Shown here one piece after another: positions 35,706 through 47,486 of a stretch of 60,155 bases of DNA. Both the position numbers and the translations under genes were made by a program. The notes under the pieces are model-generated. The model was not told the DNA's origin and ran no database searches. It saw only the letters and a program-made list of their open reading frames with translations. Numbering within the stretch: the stretch's first letter is position 1; every line of letters starts with the position of its first letter. Source of the DNA: Patescibacteria group bacterium (GTDB lineage Bacteria; Patescibacteriota; Minisyncoccia; Phycocordibacterales; UBA12088). The stretch lies in NCBI GenBank assembly GCA_015491245.1, contig WFWH01000027.1, forward strand, positions 1-60,155, in the 5' to 3' direction.

Positions 35706-36146
35706 ATGCGGCTTATTCTTTTCACCGATGGCGGCGCGCGCGGCAATCCCGGCCCCGCCGCCGCAGGCGGCATAGTGGCGGATGAGGAGGGAAACGTGCT
35801 GGATTCCTTCTCCCGCTATCTCGGCACATGCACCAACAATGTGGCGGAGTACCGAGCGCTGATTGAGGGGCTCGCGCGCACGCAGCGCATTTGTGCTGCT
35901 GCACCATGCCGCGAGGTAGCGGTGCGCATGGACAGCGAGCTCATTGTGAAACAGATGCGTGGTGAGTATCGCGTGCGCCATCCTCAGCTCAAGCCGCTCT
36001 ACGAGGAAGCGCGCGCACTCGTGCGCACCTTTCCCTGTCCCGTCTTTTTCACGCATGTGCCGCGCGAGGAGAATGCGGCGGCTGATCGTTTGGTAAACGA
36101 GGCGTTGGACCGGTGGGAAAAAGACCAGGACAGGAGCTTTTCTTGA
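35706..36146 (+). CDS. rnhA: Ribonuclease H (type 1)
   Basis: LFTDGGARGNPGPAAAG, NNVAEYRALIEGL, MDSELIVKQM, REENAAADRLVNEA carry the DEDD catalytic pattern. Confidence 0.88.
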   Translation: MRLILFTDGGARGNPGPAAAGGIVADEEGNVLDSFSRYLGTCTNNVAEYRALIEGLARTQRICAAAPCREVAVRMDSELIVKQMRGEYRVRHPQLKPLYEEARALVRTFPCPVFFTHVPREENAAADRLVNEALDRWEKDQDRSFS

Positions 36147-36227
36147 AAGCGCCCTGTGGAAAGAAGGGAAGCAGTGCGCCACGCGCATGTTGCGGCGCAC
36201 CGCTCTCGCATCCGCTATGATGGAGCA

Positions 36228-37718
36228 ATGGAATCTGTGCGCCGCGGCGTTCGGTGGGCAAGCGCGGGATTTGCCCTGGGCATTGCGGGGCGGAGCCTTC
36301 TATGGGAGCATGCTGCCGCCGCATGGTTGGCGCTCGTCCTGGCTGCGGCCGTGCTGGGGGTAGCGTGGCTGCGCGGGCGTTCCGCCATGGTGTGGCATGC
36401 GTTGTTCCTGTGCGCCGTGTCGGTGGGTGCGATGCGCACCAGTGGCGTACTGGAGGAATTAGCGCGCGCAGAAGCGGCATTTCCCGATGGCAGCATTCTT
36501 GCCGCACGCGCGGTTGTGGTGCGGGAGCCGGAGGTGCGCGCGCGCTCTGTGCAGTACACCGTTGCGGTTCCGTACGGCGCGGGGCGTACGGCGCGTTTTT
36601 TGGTTTTTGCAGAACCCTATCCGCGTTTTTCCTATGGTGATGTGCTGCTGCTGCGCGGGCGCGTGGAGGCGCCGCGCCCTTTCGCAAGCGGCGCAGGGCG
36701 CACCTTTCCATATCCGGAGTGGCTGAAAAAGGAAGGAGTGGTGCGCGTGCTGTACCGCCCCTCCCTAGAGAAGGTAGGAGAGGGAGAGGGGAATATGCTT
36801 GCCGCGCAGCTGTGGTCGCTCAAGCGCGCCCTGCTGTCTTCGTTGGCGCGCGTGCTGCCCGAGCCTGCATTGGGGCTTGCAGCGGGGCTTTTGTTCGGGG
36901 AAAAGCGCGCACTGGGTGATACGTGGGTAGATGCCCTGCGCGCCACAGGAGTGGTGCATATCGTGGTGCTCTCCGGCTACAACATAACCTTGGTGGGGGA
37001 AGCAGTGCGCGGCGCGCTCCGCTTTCTTCCGCCAGCGCTGCAGTGGTGGGGCGGCGGCGCGGCAATCGCCGCCTTTGCGGTTATGGTGGGCGGTGGCGCC
37101 ACGGTAGTGCGCGCAACGCTCATGGGCCTTTTGGCGCTTGTGGCGCGCGCAACCGGCAATGTGTATGAAATCACCCATGCGCTCCTTTTGGCGGGGCTTG
37201 CGATGCTCGCCTTTAATCCTCTGCTGTTAGCGTTTGACCCCTCATTTCAGCTCTCTTTTCTCGCCACCCTAGGCCTTATCCACGGCGCGCCGCTTGCGGA
37301 GCGATTGTTTCCTTTCCTCCCCGCGGCGTTGGGGTTGCGCGGGTTTGCCGCCGCCACGCTTGCCACGCAAACCGCCGTACTCCCCTTGCTGTTGTACCAA
37401 ACGGGCACCTTTTCTCTGGTGGCGCTGCCAGCCAATCTGCTGGTGCTGGCGGTTACGCCCGCCGCCATGCTGTTTTCCTTTCTTGCAGGGCTTGTGGGGG
37501 TGTGGAGCGTGCTGCTTGCCGCGCCTTTTGCATTTGCCGCATGGTTCACGCTCTCCTATCAGCTGGAGGTGGTGCGCTTCTTCGCCGCGCTTCCTTTTGC
37601 CGCGCTCACGATTCCCGCATTCCCTTTTTGGCTCACCGTAGCGGGGTATGCGGCGTTAGGAATCGCATGGTGGCGCACTACCCGGCGCGTAAGGGATAGC
37701 ACCGGGTATATCCGATAG
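36228..37718 (+). CDS. comEC: ComEC/Rec2 DNA-uptake channel, membrane part only (no MBL domain)
   Basis: OB-like N-terminal part (YGDVLLLRGRVEAPRPF) and the competence domain LRATGVVHIVVLSGYNITLV with many TM helices. It ends without a beta-lactamase domain. Confidence 0.8.
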   Translation: MESVRRGVRWASAGFALGIAGRSLLWEHAAAAWLALVLAAAVLGVAWLRGRSAMVWHALFLCAVSVGAMRTSGVLEELARAEAAFPDGSILAARAVVVREPEVRARSVQYTVAVPYGAGRTARFLVFAEPYPRFSYGDVLLLRGRVEAPRPFASGAGRTFPYPEWLKKEGVVRVLYRPSLEKVGEGEGNMLAAQLWSLKRALLSSLARVLPEPALGLAAGLLFGEKRALGDTWVDALRATGVVHIVVLSGYNITLVGEAVRGALRFLPPALQWWGGGAAIAAFAVMVGGGATVVRATLMGLLALVARATGNVYEITHALLLAGLAMLAFNPLLLAFDPSFQLSFLATLGLIHGAPLAERLFPFLPAALGLRGFAAATLATQTAVLPLLLYQTGTFSLVALPANLLVLAVTPAAMLFSFLAGLVGVWSVLLAAPFAFAAWFTLSYQLEVVRFFAALPFAALTIPAFPFWLTVAGYAALGIAWWRTTRRVRDSTGYIR

Positions 37719-37744
37719 GAAACGGGGAGGAGAGCAGTAATTTT

Positions 37745-38338
37745 TTACTGTGCCGCTGTGGCTGCAAAGCGCGCGGCGACTGTTTCCCAGTTTATGTTAT
37801 CCATGTATGCCTCAAAGTACGCGGTGCGCTCGCTCGGGAGGTAATCCAGCAGGTACGCATGTTCCCACATATCCACTGCCAGTACCGCGGGGAGTGTTGC
37901 CAGGTGCCCGACGTCATGGTTGGTCACCCAATTGTTGTGGAAGCGCCGCGCGACAGGATCGTAGTTGAGAATGAGCCACCCGCTCCCGCGCGCCGCGGTG
38001 TCGCGAAATGCGGTGCGCCATGCCTCCATGCCGCCGAACTGCGCTTTTAGCGCAGCAAACAGTGCGCTCTCGGGCGCGAGCGGCTTGGCGCCGCCTTCCA
38101 AGTCGCCGAAGTAGTACTCATGCAGGCGCATGCCGTTAAATTCAAACCCGAGCCGCCGCCGCAGCTCCTGCATCACATGCAGGTTTTTTTCTTTGTTTTG
38201 TGCGAGCTCGGTCAGTTCCGTGTAGAGGAGGTTTACGTGTTTTACGTACCCTTGGTACAGCTTGAGATGTTCTTCTAATTGGCGCGAAGAGATGCCGGGA
38301 ATGGTGGGGAGGGTAAAGGAGCGTGCTTCGTAGTGCAT
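37745..38338 (-). CDS. sodA: Fe/Mn superoxide dismutase
   Basis: LHEYYF, GSGWLILNYD, and VDMWEHAYLLDY (the DxWEHAYY signature). Confidence 0.92.
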   Translation of the reverse strand: MHYEARSFTLPTIPGISSRQLEEHLKLYQGYVKHVNLLYTELTELAQNKEKNLHVMQELRRRLGFEFNGMRLHEYYFGDLEGGAKPLAPESALFAALKAQFGGMEAWRTAFRDTAARGSGWLILNYDPVARRFHNNWVTNHDVGHLATLPAVLAVDMWEHAYLLDYLPSERTAYFEAYMDNINWETVAARFAATAAQ

Positions 38339-38472
38339 AGGAAAATATTAATGGAATTTTTATTAATTATTATTACATGAGGGATAAGTAGGGTGACGTA
38401 CGTAGCAGCGGTATTATACCACCTTTTGCAGGTGGGGATTACCATACGGTCTGGCGCGGCTATACTGGGGTA

Positions 38473-39030
38473 ATGCGCCGTGTGACCGCATCGGCAGGTG
38501 AAATCGTATTTTTCATTGCTATGGTGGCAGTGGTGGCTTCACTGGTTGCGGTAGCGCAAGAGTGGCGCGCCCGTGCGCAAAGTGCGAGTGCGCTGCGTGC
38601 AGCTTTGGCGGCAAAAGCGCGCGCCACACCACTCACGTGCCCATTTGATCCCGCACGCGGCTTAGTCATCGATTTTAAGGGTGTGCGCCTGTACGCTGCG
38701 CACACAGAAACACCACGGTACCTGTTGGCGGCGGAGCCGGGCGTATATCTCGCTTCGCTCTACTATCGGCACACACCTGCGGCACAGAACGTGCGCGCGG
38801 GTGCGGTGCTGTTAGAGTGGTTTGATGCGGAGGGCACAACCCTCCAGCGCGTACCTTTTTCCCTAGGAGGGGCAACTGCGGCGGCGCTGGGTGGGGTCGT
38901 GCAGCGCGCGCAGCCTTTTGTGGTGCCGCGCGGTTCTGCTGCACTGTCGCTGCGCTTTTTGCCGGCAGCCCAAGAGGGAGAGGAGGTGTTCGTGGCGGGG
39001 TGCCTGTTGCTCATACGTGCAGCATCGTAA
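38473..39030 (+). CDS. Membrane-anchored hypothetical protein (185 aa)
   Basis: N-terminal TM helix IVFFIAMVAVVASLVAV followed by a beta-rich domain. The stop is 1 nt before the ATG of the MBL gene. Confidence 0.4.
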   Translation: MRRVTASAGEIVFFIAMVAVVASLVAVAQEWRARAQSASALRAALAAKARATPLTCPFDPARGLVIDFKGVRLYAAHTETPRYLLAAEPGVYLASLYYRHTPAAQNVRAGAVLLEWFDAEGTTLQRVPFSLGGATAAALGGVVQRAQPFVVPRGSAALSLRFLPAAQEGEEVFVAGCLLLIRAAS

Positions 39031-39031
39031 C

Positions 39032-39940
39032 ATGGCGGGTGAGGGAGTGCGGGCTGCAGCGCATCACAGCGGGCGCGCGCACCGGTACCGCGTGCTGCGC
39101 ATAGGGGTGGCGGTGGCGCTGTTCGCAGCGTCGCAGGCAGCGCTGTGGGTAAGTTTCTCTCCGGAGGAAGCATTGCTGCGCGTGGTGTTTTTGGATGTGG
39201 GGCAAGGGGACGCGATTTTTATAGAAGCACCCAATGGCGTGCAGGTGCTGGTTGATGGCGGTGCGCGTGCGTCTGCGCTCATGCCAGCGCTCGCGGCGGC
39301 CATGCCTTGGTGGGATCGCTCGCTGGATGTGGTGGTGGCCACGCACCCCGACAAGGATCATATCGGGGGGCTGCCGGAGGTGGCGGCGCGGTACCGCATA
39401 GGCCTTTTGCTTATGGGAACAGATGAGACAGTGCCATTTGCGCGCGCCCTGCGTGATGCCGCCGCGCGCGCCGCTATACCCCGCACTATTCCCTCCGCGG
39501 GCATGCGGCTTTGGTTAGACAAAACGCACGGCATTACGTTGGACATTCTCTCTCCGGATGCGCAGATACGCGCCGCCACCGCAGACAGCAATGCGCGGTC
39601 GGTTGTGGCGCGCCTCACGTTCGGTTCAGTGGATTTTCTCTTAATGGGCGACGCGCCACGCTGGGTGGAGCGCAAACTGCTGTGGGAGCGCCGCGCGCCG
39701 CTGGAGGCGGAGGTACTCAAGGTGGGGCATCACGGCTCGCGCACCTCTACCGCGCCAGAATTCCTTGATGCGGTGGCGCCCGCAGTGGCGGTTATTTCCG
39801 CGGGGGCGCGCAACCGCTATGGCCATCCGCATCCTGAGACACTCGCCGCGCTAAAAGCGCGCGGCATTTCGGTGGTTTCCACCGCCCGCGAGGGCAACAT
39901 CACCTTGGCCACTGATGGTACACGCTGGTGGCGTGAGTAG
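39032..39940 (+). CDS. Membrane-anchored metallo-beta-lactamase-fold protein, ComEC C-terminal-domain type
   Basis: FLDVGQGDAIFIEAP, VVATHPDKDHIGGL (HxHxDH-like), LKVGHHGS. These motifs are typical of the ComEC MBL nuclease domain. Confidence 0.8.
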   Translation: MAGEGVRAAAHHSGRAHRYRVLRIGVAVALFAASQAALWVSFSPEEALLRVVFLDVGQGDAIFIEAPNGVQVLVDGGARASALMPALAAAMPWWDRSLDVVVATHPDKDHIGGLPEVAARYRIGLLLMGTDETVPFARALRDAAARAAIPRTIPSAGMRLWLDKTHGITLDILSPDAQIRAATADSNARSVVARLTFGSVDFLLMGDAPRWVERKLLWERRAPLEAEVLKVGHHGSRTSTAPEFLDAVAPAVAVISAGARNRYGHPHPETLAALKARGISVVSTAREGNITLATDGTRWWRE

Positions 39941-40010
39941 CCCGTGTTTACTGGTGACGCGCTTTTTGCCGCGTGTCTGTGCCGCGCTTAACTGATAATT
40001 ACTAATGAAA

Positions 40011-40041
40011 GGAAAAGCGCGCTGATGCTGCGCGCTTTTCC
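40011..40041. terminator. Bidirectional terminator between the MBL gene and rpmB
   Basis: A 12-bp stem ggaaaagcgcgc/gcgcgcttttcc with A/T tracts embedded on both sides. Confidence 0.65.
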
Positions 40042-40070
40042 CTGTGGCTTGTGGCTTCTGTGGGGCCGTT

Positions 40071-40313
40071 TTAGATAAGACCCGCCTCTTTGAGCGCGCG
40101 GTACGCCCCTTTTTTATTGATAGTGCGGAGCGCTTTTGCGGAAAGTACCACGGTGATGCGGCGATTGAGTTCGGGGACAAAAATGCGCCGCTTCATCAAA
40201 TTGACCTTGCGCCCCACTTTTCCTGTGGGGTTGAATTGGGTGGCGCGGATGCGGTTGGAATACCGCCCGCCGCGCTGGGTTTTCTTTCCAGTAAGGGCGC
40301 ATTGCCGAGCCAT
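40071..40313 (-). CDS. rpmB: 50S ribosomal protein L28
   Basis: MARQCALTGKKTQRGGRYSNRIRATQ..., 80 aa. Trimmed from ORF 40071..40604(-). Confidence 0.9.
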   Translation of the reverse strand: MARQCALTGKKTQRGGRYSNRIRATQFNPTGKVGRKVNLMKRRIFVPELNRRITVVLSAKALRTINKKGAYRALKEAGLI

Positions 40314-40460
40314 AGTGTGCCCTAGGATACCACAGTTTGCCGCATGTGCAAGGCGGAAGAGGTAGGGAAGCGCGGAATGTGATAGAATGGCGCCACGGTA
40401 CGTTGCACGAGATGCATTTCGTGGTGCGCCATATCCAGTGAACGCAGTTTTCTTACCCTT

Positions 40461-41105
40461 ATGGACCCTTTCTTTCTCTTTGTCATCTTTGCGCTCATTT
40501 TCTCCATTGTGATCCATGAGGCGGCGCACGGCTACATGGCAGACGCATTGGGTGATCCGACGGCGCGCTTGCAGGGGCGTCTCACCCTCAATCCTCTGCG
40601 TCACATAGATCCGCTCGGCTCGGTGCTCATTCCCGGCATACTCGTCCTGACACAGGCAAACATTCTTTTCGGTTGGGCCAAGCCGGTGCCCTATAATCCC
40701 TATAACCTACGGAACCAAAAATGGGGAGAGGCGTTGGTAGCGGCCGCAGGTCCGGCGGTAAATATATTTCTCGCGTTATTTTTCGGCCTTCTCCTGCGCA
40801 TGGGAATTGCCGATGCGGTAAATCCCACGTTTGCCAAGTTGGCGTGGTACGTGATGCACCTCAACGTGCTCCTTGCCCTGTTTAATCTCATTCCGATTCC
40901 GCCGCTGGACGGGTCAAAAATCCTCAAAGCGCTGCTTCCACTGCGGGGACAAATGGCTCTTGCGCGCGTTGAGGCGCTGGCGGCGCAGTACGGGTTTGTA
41001 CTGCTGTTCCTCTTCATCTTTCTCTTTCTTACCGTCATTTGGGCGCCGTTTATGTGGCTGGTTACCTTAGTGGAGTGGGTAATTTCCGGACGTGTGCTGT
41101 GGTAG
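40461..41105 (+). CDS. Site-2 protease family (M50) zinc metalloprotease
   Basis: HEAAHGYMA (HExxH) in the first TM helix, LTLNPLRHIDPLGS, and FNLIPIPPLDGSKI (the NxxPxxxLDG motif). Confidence 0.82.
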   Translation: MDPFFLFVIFALIFSIVIHEAAHGYMADALGDPTARLQGRLTLNPLRHIDPLGSVLIPGILVLTQANILFGWAKPVPYNPYNLRNQKWGEALVAAAGPAVNIFLALFFGLLLRMGIADAVNPTFAKLAWYVMHLNVLLALFNLIPIPPLDGSKILKALLPLRGQMALARVEALAAQYGFVLLFLFIFLFLTVIWAPFMWLVTLVEWVISGRVLW

Positions 41106-41130
41106 GGAGGCGCACGCGGCACTGCGAGAC

Positions 41131-41664
41131 ATGGCTTCACGCGACCATTTTCACCGTACGAGACTCAAGCGTATTGTGCGCATCAGCATACTCGCATACC
41201 TCGTACTATTTGTGGGGGGTGTAGCGTTAGGTTTCCTCTTTGCGCAGCAATACGATGCTCCACCTACGCCAGACGAGGTGCCGTTGTCGCTTTGGTGGAT
41301 CGCGCTCTCTTTCATTTTCTTGGTAGTGAGTGGTGCCGCCAAGATATATTTTTACGGGGGAACGGTGCCGCCCTCACTGCGCGAGGGGTTGTTGTTCGGC
41401 ACGGTATTCTTGGGCATTAGCTTTGTCGTGGACGTGTTGATGGTATTGGTGCGGGTGTACTATCAGGCGGGATTGCCACTCTCCTACTATCTACACCCCT
41501 TTTTCCTATTGACGGCGTTGGTGGTGCTCGGAGCAGCGGGTGCGGTAGGGTGGTATGAGGCACGTGCACTGGCCAGTGTACGCGCACCAACGCCACCCCC
41601 TCGCCCCGGCGGCGCAGTGGGGAAAAAGAGAAGGAGAAGGAAAAAGGGAGGTCGCCGCAGGTGA
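41131..41664 (+). CDS. Polytopic membrane protein with a poly-basic C-terminus
   Basis: Four or five hydrophobic helices and a tail GKKRRRRKKGGRRR. No family recognised. Confidence 0.5.
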   Translation: MASRDHFHRTRLKRIVRISILAYLVLFVGGVALGFLFAQQYDAPPTPDEVPLSLWWIALSFIFLVVSGAAKIYFYGGTVPPSLREGLLFGTVFLGISFVVDVLMVLVRVYYQAGLPLSYYLHPFFLLTALVVLGAAGAVGWYEARALASVRAPTPPPRPGGAVGKKRRRRKKGGRRR

Positions 41665-41762
41665 GTCCTGTACGCCGCCGCGCGCGCATTTCCCGCATGA
41701 TGCGGAGGTAATTTGCGCGCCAGAAAAGAGCATGGTACAGTACTGCCACCATACCGAGCGAT

Positions 41763-42173
41763 ATGGCAACCATTAACCAATTGGTACGCAATCCGCGAAC
41801 GAAGAAAACCCGCAAATACAAGGCGGCGGCTCTGTTGCGCGGCTTCAACACCCGAAAGAACAAGCCAACCTATTACGCGTCGCCTTTCAAGCGCGGTGTG
41901 TGCGTCAAGGTAACTACCACCACTCCACGCAAGCCTAACTCAGCGGTGCGGAAGATCGCGCGCGTGCGCCTCACCAACGGCCAGGAGATTACCGCGTACA
42001 TTCCCGGTGAGGGGCACAATTTACAGGAACACTCGGTGGTATTGGTGCGCGGCGGCCGTGTGAAGGACATCAACATTCGCTACACCATTGTGCGCGGGAA
42101 GTATGACTGTGCGGGCGTAGAGAACCGCCGCCAAGGGCGCTCCCTCTACGGCGCGAAAAAGCCCAAAGAGTAA
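41763..42173 (+). CDS. rpsL: 30S ribosomal protein S12
   Basis: [46 protein letters not shown]. Confidence 0.96.
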   Translation: MATINQLVRNPRTKKTRKYKAAALLRGFNTRKNKPTYYASPFKRGVCVKVTTTTPRKPNSAVRKIARVRLTNGQEITAYIPGEGHNLQEHSVVLVRGGRVKDINIRYTIVRGKYDCAGVENRRQGRSLYGAKKPKE

Positions 42174-42242
42174 TAACCTGTGCATGCTGCGGGAGGATCA
42201 GCGCCACGGTGCGCTCGTCTCCCTTTATGGATGTTTGCCCAT

Positions 42243-42713
42243 ATGCGTAGACCAGTAAAAAGGAAAAACAGAATACAGCCCGACCTCAAATACGGCTCCC
42301 TCAAAGTGGAGAAGCTGATTAACTACATGATGTGGGACGGGAAGAAGGAAACCGCGCGGCGGCTGGTGTACCGCGCGTTTGAGGAGATAAAGCGCCTGGC
42401 GGAGACGGAAGATCCGGTAGCGGTGTTTGAAGAGGCGATAAAGCACGCAAGCCCCTCCGTGGAAGTGCGCTCGCGCCGCGTGGGGGGCGCTAACTACCAA
42501 GTGCCGCGCGAGGTGCGTCCTGAGCGGCGCCTCACTCTCGCGCTGCGGTGGATTCGTGACGCCACCCGCGCGCGTGGCGGGCAGCCCCGCTACAAAACGC
42601 TGGCAGAAGAGATCGTTGCTGCGAGCCGCGGCGAGGGGGCCGCGGTGAAAAAGAAGGAAGATGTCCACAAAATGGCGGAAGCCAACCGCGCCTTTGCGCA
42701 TTTTGCGTGGTAG
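42243..42713 (+). CDS. rpsG: 30S ribosomal protein S7
   Basis: MRRPVKRKNRIQPDLKYGS...KLINYMMWDGKKETA...VEVRSRRVGGANYQVP. Confidence 0.95.
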   Translation: MRRPVKRKNRIQPDLKYGSLKVEKLINYMMWDGKKETARRLVYRAFEEIKRLAETEDPVAVFEEAIKHASPSVEVRSRRVGGANYQVPREVRPERRLTLALRWIRDATRARGGQPRYKTLAEEIVAASRGEGAAVKKKEDVHKMAEANRAFAHFAW

Positions 42714-42745
42714 CCTGCCTCTGCGTTTGTGCGATACCGTTCACG

Positions 42746-42774
42746 CATGCACAGTAAGGAAGCGGCGCCATGAG
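42746..42774 (+). terminator. Hairpin after rpsG
   Basis: aagcggcgcc ATGA ggcgccgctt forms a 10-bp stem, followed by CTTG. The U-tract is weak. Confidence 0.45.
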
Positions 42775-43039
42775 GCGCCGCTTCTTGCGCTCCGCGCGCT
42801 TTGCCGCTATAGTGTCCAGTGTTGCGCTGCGCGCAACTTTTTCATCGTATGTTGTATGTTTGCGCGCGGTACTCCTCGTAAAGAGGGCGCACGGCGCACA
42901 TAGGGGCTTCCGCATGCCTATGGCGCAGGTGCGGCAAGGGTGCGGTGCACCACGTTGCCGCGCCGGCATTCTTCACTAATCGTTATTATTTGTTATCAGC
43001 CGCTGCAACAGTGTTGCGGCAATTTTTACCCACACGCGC

Positions 43040-45199
<2,160 letters not shown>

Positions 45200-45341
45200 C
45201 GGTTCATACACTTCCGGCGCGGCAACTACCCGACGGCACCCATGGGGAGCCGTTGGGTGTTGCGCGTATGTTGTGCTCCGATCCATTAGGAACTTCCTAT
45301 TACGGGTGTGTGTGGCCATTTGCGTCTTACGCGTGTGACCC

Positions 45342-45370
45342 TTGACGCATTTCTCTGATGTCGCTACACT
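45342..45370 (+). promoter_or_regulatory. Sigma70-type promoter (TTGACG, 17 nt, TACACT) inside the fusA-tuf spacer
   Basis: TTGACG at 45342-45347 and TACACT at 45365-45370. This predicts a ~195-nt 5' UTR for tuf. Confidence 0.5.
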
Positions 45371-45572
45371 GTCCTTTGTCGGCGTTGCGCTGGCTTTTGT
45401 TGTCTTTGTGGCACTTACGCCGCGCATATGCACTCCTGCGCCGTTGCGGGGGTTGTAAGCGGCCGGACCTGTGCCTTTCTCGCGCGTGCAGGTGCAGCCG
45501 CTTGGCCGCCGAAGAGTAAAGGATTACACGTCTTTATTCGTAATTATTAATTTTTATTTTAAGCAACGCACT

Positions 45573-46766
45573 ATGGCAGAAGTATTTGACCGGTCCAAGC
45601 CGCACATCAACGTGGGAACGATCGGCCACGTGGATCACGGCAAGACGACCCTCACCGCGGCAATCCTCACCGTGCTCAATGAGCGCAACGAGGGGTACGG
45701 CGCGAATGTGAAAAAAGTGGAAGATATTGATAAGGCGCCCGAGGAAAAGGCGCGCGGCATCACCATCTCGCTCTCGCACAGTGAGTACTGGACGCCGGAG
45801 CGCCACTACGCGCACATTGATGCGCCGGGGCACGCCGACTACATCAAGAACATGATTACCGGCGCCGCGCAGATGGACGGGGCGGTGCTCGTGGTGGCGG
45901 CTACTGACGGTATGATGCCGCAAACGCGCGAGCACGTATTGTTGGCGCGCCAGGTGGGAGTGCCCAAGATCATCGTGTTCATCAATAAGGTGGACATGGT
46001 GGATGATGAGGACATGATCATGCTGGTGGAAGAGGAAATTCGTGACCTCTTGGATCAGCATGGCTTTGAGGGCAAGGATGTGCCCATCATTAAGGGCTCC
46101 GCACTCAAGGCGCTGGAAGAGCCCAAGGGCGAGTGGGGCGACAAGATTATGGAGCTCGTGAAGGCGATGGACGAGTACTTCCCGCTGCCCGTGCGCGAGA
46201 CCGATAAGCCGTTCTTGATGCCCATTGAGGACATCTTCTCTATTGAGGGACGCGGAACGGTGGTCACCGGACGGATTGAGCGCGGCAAGATAAAAGTAGG
46301 TGAAGAGGTAGAAATCGTCGGCTTTGGGGAAACTACCAAAACTACGGTTACCGGCATTGAGATGTTCAACAAGCAGTTGGAATCGGGTGAAGCGGGCGAT
46401 AATGCTGGAGTCCTGCTGCGCGGCATTAAAAAAGAAGAGGTGCACCGCGGGCAGGTGCTGGCTGCGCCCGGTTCGGTAACCCCGCATTCTGAGTTTGAGG
46501 CTGAGGTGTATGTGTTGAAAAAGGAAGAGGGCGGGCGCCATACGCCATTTTTCAGTGGCTACAAGCCCCAATTCTACATCCGCACCACTGATGTAACGGG
46601 AGAGGTAACTCTCCCCGAAGGCGTGGAGATGGTGATGCCCGGCGACACGGTTACCTTCAAAGTGAAGCTTGTCGCACCTGTAGCGCTAGAAGAACAAACG
46701 CGCTTTGCCATTCGCGAGGGCGGTAAGACCGTCGGCGCGGGTGTGGTGACCAAGATCATCTCCTAA
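45573..46766 (+). CDS. tuf: Elongation factor Tu
   Basis: [34 protein letters not shown]. Start trimmed to ATG 45573. Confidence 0.97.
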   Translation: MAEVFDRSKPHINVGTIGHVDHGKTTLTAAILTVLNERNEGYGANVKKVEDIDKAPEEKARGITISLSHSEYWTPERHYAHIDAPGHADYIKNMITGAAQMDGAVLVVAATDGMMPQTREHVLLARQVGVPKIIVFINKVDMVDDEDMIMLVEEEIRDLLDQHGFEGKDVPIIKGSALKALEEPKGEWGDKIMELVKAMDEYFPLPVRETDKPFLMPIEDIFSIEGRGTVVTGRIERGKIKVGEEVEIVGFGETTKTTVTGIEMFNKQLESGEAGDNAGVLLRGIKKEEVHRGQVLAAPGSVTPHSEFEAEVYVLKKEEGGRHTPFFSGYKPQFYIRTTDVTGEVTLPEGVEMVMPGDTVTFKVKLVAPVALEEQTRFAIREGGKTVGAGVVTKIIS

Positions 46767-46801
46767 GGCGCACAACACAAAGCCATATTCTCACAGACAA
46801 A

Positions 46802-46827
46802 CGGCCCGCTTCCGTGCGGGCTGTTTG
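46802..46827 (+). terminator. Hairpin after tuf
   Basis: cggcccgc/gcgggctg stem followed by TTTG. Confidence 0.45.
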
Positions 46828-46958
46828 CATTTACAACATTTGTCTCACGCCACGCTTTCGTATCTCGCGTGCACAATGCGAGTGGTGCCGGTAAGAGGGG
46901 GGAAGCATGGTACGAACCCCGTGTTTTTTGCGGCGCGCGTGGCTCGCGGGTGCATTTC

Positions 46959-46986
46959 TTGCATTTTTTTCGCATTCTGCTAGTAT
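46959..46986 (+). promoter_or_regulatory. Promoter of the S10 operon (TTGCAT, 16 nt, TAGTAT)
   Basis: TTGCAT at 46959-46964 and TAGTAT at 46981-46986, in a T-rich stretch. Confidence 0.45.
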
Positions 46987-47055
46987 GCTTGCACCGCTCT
47001 TTCACTTTCGCGGTCTTTTTTAATGGCGAGCGGGGTGCCCGCACATTCAATCGGT

Positions 47056-47415
47056 ATGGCGACCAGAGCAAAAGAAGAGGCCTCGGCAGCCGCAAAAACG
47101 GGAACGCCGATTCCCAAGCTGCGCATTCGGGTACGCGCGTACGAGCACAAGCTGCTGGACGCTTCGGTGAAGCAGATTATGGATACCGCCCTGCGGTTTG
47201 ATGCGGACATTGTGGGCCCCATACCCCTGCCGACGGAAATAAAGCGCTATACGGTCAACCGCGCCCCTTTTGTCTACAAGGATGCGCGCGAGCAATTTGA
47301 GATGCGGGTGCACAAGCGGCTGATTGACATCCTGAACCCGTCTCAGAAAGTGATTGAGGCGCTCACCAATTTGACGCTTCCCTCGGGAGTAAACATAGAG
47401 GTGAAAATGGTGTAG
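47056..47415 (+). CDS. rpsJ: 30S ribosomal protein S10
   Basis: [21 protein letters not shown]...[39 protein letters not shown]. Start at 47056 or 47023. Confidence 0.93.
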   Translation: MATRAKEEASAAAKTGTPIPKLRIRVRAYEHKLLDASVKQIMDTALRFDADIVGPIPLPTEIKRYTVNRAPFVYKDAREQFEMRVHKRLIDILNPSQKVIEALTNLTLPSGVNIEVKMV

Positions 47416-47486
47416 CGGGTGCATACGTACCCCCTCATATCGGCCCGCTTCGTGCGGCGCGTCCGAATGCAGATTTCTTTAGGGTT

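Noticed and set aside
40043-40066. Short tandem tgtggct tgtggct tctgtgggg
   Set aside because: Only two and a half copies, lying in a convergent intergenic region next to a terminator. No evidence of function.
46880-46935. T-loop-like ggtacgaacccc suggesting a tRNA between tuf and rpsJ
   Set aside because: No complementary T-stem, acceptor stem or anticodon arm can be drawn around it.
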